DNA from: Octopus vulgaris
Taxonomy: Eukaryota
Direction: 5' to 3'
Length of the DNA stretch: 64,000 nucleotides
Assembly (NCBI GenBank): GCA_951406725.2
Contig: OX597828.1
Location: 65,286,001 to 65,350,000, forward strand
The notes beneath the pieces were generated by a model. That model ran no database searches. It saw only the letters and a list, made by a program, of their open reading frames with translations, and was not told the DNA's origin. Below are positions 55,677 to 64,000 of the stretch, one piece after another. Made by a program: the position numbers and the translations under genes. Position 1 is the first letter of the stretch. Each line of letters starts with the position of its first letter.

Positions 55677-57149
55677 TTTCCCCATATTATTTATTCTATA
55701 TTCCATACTCCTGTCAGTTAACGTTTCTTACTGTTCATAGATATAAAATACCAGTATCTTACTTCATCACTGATAGATATTATACTTATAATTAATTCAA
55801 TATCTGCTAATTCTCAACACTCATTCTTTAACTGCTTAAACAGACTGTTCTGATTTACTTGCATCCCTGCATGTGGGCGGATATGACTTTACACGTCGCA
55901 ACGTTTCCGTCTCCATAGGACTTTACAAATTACAAATTAATTGAGAAATGAAAGGAGATACATCTGCATGTTATTGAATTTAAATAACAAAAGCAAATAG
56001 AACACTTTTACCATTCTCTCGCTTGCCGTAGTAGATTGCAATGACAAGCGTTGCATGATTACTGGTACTATTTTGGCTCCAAGTTTTACGTCAGAGCTGC
56101 CTTCCGTATAGCTTTGTCCAAAGTAACGGAAGCCTGCTCTACTCCAGGGGAATCTGTTTAACGCATAGATGGGACCTTGACAGTTGCTACCGTTCCGAAT
56201 CAGAACAGACTTGGGAGTAATAGTGATTAAGGAGTGACTCCACACTCGTCACAACTCCTGAACTCCTGAATTTGAGCCCTTCCACTGGACACAGTTTAAT
56301 GATATACCCGCTACGTGCATACATATATGCATACACACATATGCATATTTGCCTAAATTTGCTTCAAGTTTACAGTTAAATATATGGCTAAATTTATAGC
56401 TTAGAGATTGGGCAAATTAAGAAAATATGAACAAATGTTTTTATTTTTTTCAATGTCAGGTCATTTATGTTGATATTTCTAGCCTACCATCATCTCTAAT
56501 CGAATAGATCTATCATCAGAGCCATCCATGAGGACAGTTGAGAATTTTATCAGAGACTGAGTGATTTGACTGCAATTTCTAGTAAATTGTTCAGCAAACT
56601 TAGAGCTTTTTTCGTTAACTCAATCATTGGTGGATGTTGTTCTGTCCTAGATGATTTCTTCTAAAGAAGGTGGTGAATGACCAAAAGTATTCCAGCTATG
56701 GCCATTCCGCCTACATTTCATCCGATATACAGTGTACCTCTAGGACAATGTTATCTAATGCGTCTCATCCTTTTTTAAGGCAGTAGGGTATAATTTGAAT
56801 GGTGTGTATATTTACAAGACGTAGCGACTTCCTTGGTAACCCATCAATATTTCGCTACTTTTTAGCCTCACATCTAATACAGTTGAAAAAAATTATTGTC
56901 TAAGTTATTTGAATCGTAGGTATCGCGTCTTTTTATTTACTAGATATCTGGCCCCTTACACAAGATGTTGTAATACACCAGATATTGACGAACTATTGTT
57001 AGTTTGATATCTAGTATATTGCTGTGATGTATAAGATAAGACAAGAGCGACTTGAGCTCTCATTACGCAACAAAACACTGATCTCAATTTTACATTTCAG
57101 AAATTGAAGAGGAAGATAATAATTTGAATAATTAACTTCGTACGTTTTC

Positions 57150-57570
57150 GTGCCTATCCACACCTATGGTTATGAATGTTGGATAATGAACGAAAAAGTA
57201 CAATTGCGAGTACAAGAGAATGCTTCCGAAGGATTTCTGGAGTAATGTTACTCGACAGGGAGGCATAGCTCGGAGATCAGAGAGTCTCTCCAGATCGAGC
57301 CACAATATCGCCGCATTGACAGGCCAAAGCTTCAGTACTACAAACTTCTGAATAGAATGTCTTAGGAAAGAATCGATAAACGGATTCTTAAAACCGAGCC
57401 AACCGGCAGGAGACCAAAAGATTAGCCAAGAACGAGACGGTTGGTTACTATCCATAACCTTAATTGATCATGCTTGGAAATCCAAAACGGAAAATGTAAT
57501 GACGGTTCCTTCTGTTAGGACCCTACGCATGAAGTACCCGAAGACTGTACCCCACCGCCCTTCCCAGGAA
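57150..57570 (+). mobile_element. Decayed RTE-type LINE 3' region
   Basis: RRISGVMLLDR..SSEIRESLQIEP..RM..RILKTEPTGRRP..PRTR across frameshifts. Confidence 0.7.
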
Positions 57571-57603
57571 TAGTTGGTGGAGAAGATGGATGGATGGAAC
57601 TTA

Positions 57604-57913
57604 GTGGAGGCATATGGCCTAGTGGTTAGAGCAGCGGACTCGCAGTCGAGGGATTGCGGGTTCGAATCTCAAACCGGGCGATGTGTGTGTTTATGAGCGA
57701 AACACCTAAGCTCCACGCGGCTCCGGCAGAAAGTAATGGCGAACATCTGCTGACTCTTTCGCCACAACTTTCTCTCACTCTTTACTCCTGCATCTTGCAG
57801 CTCACCTGTGACGGACCGGCGTCCCGTCCAGATGGGGTAACTATACGCCAAAGAAACTGGGAAACCGGCCCTTATGAGCCAGGAGTGTTTCGAGAAGAAA
57901 CAAACAAACAACA
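57604..57913 (+). mobile_element. SINE family C', TSD atggatggaact
   Basis: Similar to 38349-38656; TSD at ~57590 and 57914. Confidence 0.88.
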
Positions 57914-58935
57914 ATGGATGGAACTCAGCATGTTTCGTACTTCTTCAGAATACATCATTCTTTTAAGCGAAATAATGATGTTGTTTATAAATAACTTCTT
58001 GTATCACTTAACCAGTCACTTAAAACCCTGGGTTTAATAGATTTTAACCTGCTGGTTAATCGGATAATCATATATTTATGCATATTATGTACATAATCAT
58101 GTAGTTTATTCCGTTTTGAAATAGGTGTAGTACAACGGACGACTCTGGACTGAGCATCTGATTACATAACGCATTCTGTCATATATGCCAAAATGCATTC
58201 ATATACAAGTTTATATATACGCACCTGGCGCTATTCATAACACATATATACACACATAAATAAATAGGAAATAAGTATAATGATAGAAATAATAATAATG
58301 TGGCAGCAGTATGGAACGCCATTACATTAAACGAGTGTGAACATTATGCGTGGCAGACGCCTTCGTGGCAACGTGTGTGTCGAAGGGGTTTAGAAAGATG
58401 ACATAAACCGATACGAAAATCAATTAATATAGAAAATCTTGTTAAAACTAGCTGCGTGTATAACATATTAGATTATAACTAGTCAACCTATATATAGTAT
58501 AACCAATTCAAACAATTAAACGAAAACTTCAAATATTCAACACATCCATTGATTGTCAGTTTCCTACAAACTATTCTGGCTTGACGAAAATTCGTAACGC
58601 AGGTTGGTAATGGATTTCTTGAACGAACTTACACAGGCATTCGTAACACAATGATGCATTTATCATGTACATGAGTGGAATGTATGTGTGTGTGTGTATG
58701 AGTGCGTATGAGTGTGTCTGTGTGTGTGTGCGGGTACATGTGTGTAGCTGCACATTCACCCCACAATATGCATCACAACTCCTCTAAGATTGAAGTATTC
58801 TATACTGAAAGAACACAATAAATGATTCAGAATTAATTAGGGTTTTGGCAACAATATCTATGCGAATGTGACAGAACAGAATAGAGGAATTTTGCATATA
58901 TCACACAAAGCATTTATTTATTACATCAATCAAAT

Positions 58936-59017
<82 letters not shown>

Positions 59018-59088
59018 GGAAGAATGGATGGATGGATGGATGGATGGATAGATGGATATATAGATAGATAGATAGGTAGATAGGTAGG

Positions 59089-59186
<98 letters not shown>

Positions 59187-59370
59187 TGTTTCTTTATTAG
59201 CCACACAGGGCTGCACACAGACAGAACAAATTACAAGGTAGAGCTTTTCTTTTGGGGGTAAAAAAGAGGGGGTTGGTTTTCGATCAAAAGGGATCGTAAA
59301 AGGAAAGAAAGGGGACAAAAAAGGGGAGGAATTTAAAAAAGGTGGGGAGAGGGAAAAAAAAGAAATGGGG
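59187..59370 (-). mobile_element. Retroelement 3'-end fragment within (GATA)n, terminus similar to the SINE A tail
   Basis: tttctttattagccacacagggctgcacacagacagaacaaa versus SINE A tttctttactacccacaaggggctaaacacagagaggacaaa. Confidence 0.5.
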
Positions 59371-59419
59371 AGAGAAATAGATAAATAGATAGGTAGGTAG
59401 ATGGGTAGATGGATGGATG

Positions 59420-59506
<87 letters not shown>

Positions 59507-61434
59507 GTGCATGTGTTTGTGTGCACTTGCGCATGCGCGTGTGAATAGATTCCAATTTTGAACTATTAAAATACTTTTTTTTATAAGTACTCCGGATCAC
59601 TGTCAGGTAACAAAAGCGTCTTTACAGCAACCCATTCAAGACGAAACAGTTATATTTAGTAGAGAAAAATATAGAGATACAATAATAACGAAAATTCGAC
59701 CATATCTTCAGTACTGAAAGAAATGTATATTGTAGAATTCCTGTCAGTTTCATAGAAATGAATGTTATTAGAGAAATGCAAAGCATTTAACTGCAATTTT
59801 GTTGCAACATTTCTTCAATGCCTGCTTTTCTTTCTTCATCTCTGCTGCATATTAACTGGTTACTGTTGTCCGTCATAAGCAATGGATGGCTTTATAAGAT
59901 TAAGGGAATACCTTCATTTAAGAAAAATAAGGGAATATCGAGATTTTCAGCCCTTTTTCGTTATGTGTTTGCTGTGCAAAGGAACCAAATTACTTAAAAG
60001 CAGAATCAAAACTGATGTGCGTTACTTCCAGTAGAAAAATAAAATACAGGATTACTGAATATGAGTCCCAGAACTCATTAAGAAGGACAGTCACTATTAA
60101 TGATCTCAACTTCATTGAGGTAAGGTAAGCCAACCCACTCCTGAACTTGGTACGAACAAAACATTTGAACCAAACTCCCTTCTACAGACGTTTGTATTAT
60201 GTTAACCTGAACAATTGGGATATAAGTAGTTATGGCCATAATCGCAGAATATTGACTATTTTTCTATAACTCAAATCTCTTACTCTGCAATTTAGAATTT
60301 TCTAAGGAAACCTTACGAATATCTAGTTAACAGAGCAGTCTTTATGCAGCCACCCGATCGCCTCGAAACAACAACGAAATCTAAACCGGTTGAATCTGAA
60401 AAACTTAGTCAGAGTCACATTTGGAATGTCTTTGGTCATACTTCTAATCAAGATCTGACCTGGAGGTATCAAAAGCAATAGCCAGATGAAAATTGAGAAA
60501 AGTTATTCTTCCAAAAAGTATATACTCTTAACAAATTATCCAAAATTTCAGGTGGCTGGAAGCGTATTCCATTATTATAGCCATACTTCTCCATTTGTAG
60601 TTATGCAACTTCAACAGGGTAGAATGAGAGTAGGAAACAGGACTGTACGATTGATAACTCTTTTCTATGATAAATACCGACTCTTCAAAATCTTGCCGAG
60701 ATTGACTTTATTTTTCTGTCTTTGTCTTTCAAGTAGAATAAATTAAATACTATTAAAATACTAAGGTTGATTCTATTGACCACGTTCTTCTATCTGAAAC
60801 GTTGACCCTGTATGTATAACGCAACAGAAAATTTTCAATAGAGAAGTTACAGAACAATTAAATCTGTATCTATATATAAAACTGTCATTTACTATATAAC
60901 TTCTCTCTGACGTAAGCAGCATAGGGTTGAACGAGCGATTACTTTGAATGGAAATTTTCAAACTGAAATCCTTGAAATAACAATAAATTGTTTGGTCTTT
61001 TGTTGTTGCAATTTGACGTCATTTCCATTATAATTGTGTATGTTCAAAAACCTATCAAACCGTGGCATTACAGGACCCACAGCATGTAACTATTTTCTCT
61101 CTTTGCTTACAAAAGTTGAACTTGACATTTTCAATGATTACAGTATATTAATGAAATATAAATTAAAATATATCTCTCTGAATCAAACATATCCGCTATT
61201 ACTTATGAAACATATACAATAGATAGAAGATGCAACTACCATTTACTCTCCTCCACCCCTTCTGCTCACAGATATATATTCCAGACAATTATTCAATTTT
61301 TCTATTAACTGTCCAAACTACATTCCAGAGTAAGTTTTCATTTCTTGAAAACCTATTTTTAAGCACTCTTTTTGTTATATAAAAGTTATCTTGGTAGATC
61401 ATTAGACATTTTAAAACTTAACAACTAATGGACC

Positions 61435-61555
61435 CTATTGTGTCTGGAGAGAGTCATTCTCTTTTAGTACCTTTTTACTTAACACACTCACCGGTTCGTT
61501 GAATGTGTTAAGTAATAAGGCTCTAAAAAATAATGACTCTCCCCAGATACGATAG
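61435..61555. mobile_element. Foldback/MITE-like palindrome (~120 bp)
   Basis: ctattgtgtctggagagagtcatt...tacttaacaca / tgtgttaagta...aatgactctccccagatacgatag. Confidence 0.7.
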
Positions 61556-64000
61556 AATATCCTTCAACACACGAATTCACATGAATCTTGCAAACCAAAT
61601 ACAAAAACGAAATTTAAGGAATGTTTCCTTGATTAAGTCCCGCAATTGCTTCTTCGTGAATTTGCTGGAGACTAGTTTGTTATGTTCCTCTCAGAAGATG
61701 ATTTTGAGGTCACTGTATTCTCTTCCAGGAAATATTTACATTACGCCTTGATGTATGTACACACAAGGCTGGATGGTGTGACCTAAGTAGAAAATAATAT
61801 AAACTGAAGTACATCAGAGTTTATAGAATTTTGGTTAGAGGGAGTGCTGTCAATGAACCCTGCGATGGACGGCCTAAAGGGAAATTCTGATCCACAAGTA
61901 AATGTTAGACAGCATTCACACACCGAAAACTTCGAGCGCTCTAACGCAGCTTATTGGTGACAGCTGGTCCAGAGAGTGTAATATGTGGAAATATTAATGT
62001 AAATAAACTTAGTTTTCTATGCGCAGGTTACCCAACAATGAACAATATTTTGAACAGTTAATATCTGAAGAGAATTAAAGGAATTTTTTTTTATTTGATT
62101 CAGTGTTACCTAATTAAGTTAGGCCATTTTGAATACATTATGAAATGTTGACGTCCAAATTTGAGAAAAATAGATTATTCCATACTGGAAAGCGAGTATT
62201 TGCAATTTTCAAATTGGCTTGAAATAAACAAATTTTAATTCAGTATTCCTTGTGTTTGTTTGAGAAGAGAGATAATGGAAATCGATCTTTAACACTTTAC
62301 CTGGATAACTGTGCCTTATCAAAATCTGAATTGGCATATTATCATATAAAAGCGCTACGTATATTTCAAGTATTCTCTATTTCCATCATCTTATTTTGTT
62401 CTTCTACTTGCAGTTGCCATTTTCTTCTTCTTGTCATTATTATATTATAATTGTTGCAGTATTGCGTGAGTAAACCACCAAACTTAGATCCCATTAACGT
62501 TTGACTGGAGTTTTCTGAGCCGGATTAAACCTCTTCTTCTTGCAAAGAGCTTGCCAATGGCAGACATTTAACTCCGCACAGCAAATGCTTGTTAGTTACA
62601 GTGTCTCTGCTGTTTACTACATTAAACTGCAAACCAGCTGTACACATTTTATCTGGAAAACAGTATTAGTCTTGCAAATGTTTGGTTCTGTTTATTCCAA
62701 TGACAAAACACCCGACGCCGCTGGCTGTAATTATTGTTGTTGCTATGCTTCTGACTATGGAATTTGTTGTAGCTGTTTTTGATATTTTCTTTTTCTTTTT
62801 ATTTCTGTTGTTGTTATTGCTAATTCTACGCACGCCTCCATGCATCCATTGTGTCACAAAGCTAACAATATATTACAACTGCCATATTTTGATTTCGTGT
62901 TTAATTTTCATAAATAATTTTCTTAAAAGAAAACAAAAGACATGTTGCCTTCCTTTTTTTATTTATTTTCTCTGTTAAAATTCTACAACCTCGAATACAT
63001 TGGATGACAATAAATATCTTCTCTTTTTAATCCAGACTATTAAACTCAAGTTCATCGGTTGTTGGTTCGGACGCTACCGCCAATGTTTAACTGTATCTAT
63101 GACCAATTAATTCCATTCTTAATTGTTGCAACATGCGGTTAGTTCAAAGACAGCATTGAAAAATTGATGAGTCTTCCAGTGATTTGCAGTATTCAATTTA
63201 ATTTCTGACTTATGTGTGACCAATAAGGGTGGATCCCACTGGACTCATTCCTTCATGATTTATCACTGATTAATAGCTCTTTCTGCTCATAAAAATTCAA
63301 ATAATGAACTCTAAAACATGCTTATTGTCGATTAACCTAAGTTCTATAATAATCCCCATGCATATACTTTCCATAAACATGCATATGTATTATATAAGCA
63401 GATACAGATAGATGAAATAAACGCATGCGCATATACGACATATACACACAAATGTATCACATAAACCCATACACACATCTCATGCACACAAACAAATTCA
63501 CATATTTCAAAGTTATCAGATGAAGAAACACTTTATCTTCCAAAGAGTAATATTTTAACACAGTTTCAATATTTCTTGCAGGCAATCTCTTACAAATTTC
63601 ATGCAAGGAAAATGGATATCTGTTTACTTTAGAGATTCAGATTGGAATTCAATGAAATCGTTCTCGAATTTCACCCTTCGTGGTACCCGGCTTTACAGGT
63701 AAATGGGTTCTTTAACACCTAACCTGTAACTAGTTCTTTTGCTATTTTCACTAAAAGAGAATTTTTCTTCTGTATTACTTCCTGGCTTGTATTTACAGTA
63801 ATTGTCAATATTTATTGAGAACAGTTTTTCTTTTTCTGTAACCAAATTCTTTCTAGCAATTTCGATTACAACTGAACTGATGAACACATTTCTTTTACTT
63901 CCCCTATCCTTTCTAACCCTTTCTATCCCTTTCTGTCCCTTATTATAGTCTATCAGTATCATCAAGACTGAACTAGTAATGCTGTTACGATTATACGTAA

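Noticed and set aside
55937-56245. 102-aa minus ORF resembling an exon
   Set aside because: The tgtggagtcactcc..ttactccc..gtcccatctatg segment looks to me like a common dispersed repeat (from recollection, not verified), and there is no protein motif.
58901-59600. (IYLS)n ORFs, and poly-I/L/Y ORFs at 19633-20650
   Set aside because: (GATA)n and (ATT)n repeats.
63693-63965. 90-aa minus ORF
   Set aside because: No recognisable motif; compatible with chance in A-rich sequence.

Overview
AT-rich, microsatellite-dense eukaryotic DNA, intergenic or intronic, with no confidently identifiable host gene. The SINE families and the (TA)n/(GATA)n/(ATT)n load suggest a cephalopod, probably Octopus (inference). 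Most ORFs in the track are translations of simple repeats. The real coding remnants are all transposable elements: CR1-group LINEs (ORF1 CCCH + APE at 1-2108, RT at 27483-29368, several 3' ends), a Penelope-like element with RT + GIY-YIG (4100-5476), R4/Dong-type and HERO-type RLE LINE fragments, RTE fragments, a Tc1 remnant, Helitron-like elements and at least four tRNA-derived SINE families. The main unexplained signal is a set of 10 type-I hammerhead-ribozyme (HHR) motifs, recognised by eye, in several unrelated short non-coding elements. Nearly all sit in (TA)n tracts, as does the Penelope-like element, which suggests a PLE-mobilised, TA-targeted retrozyme-like system. Other notable structures are a tandem E-box/CCAAT/E2F/TATA module at the PLE 3' end, a multi-template insertion inside a SINE, apparently independent SINE insertions into two paralogous segments, an AT-eroded TE block and a 1.46-kb tandem duplication.
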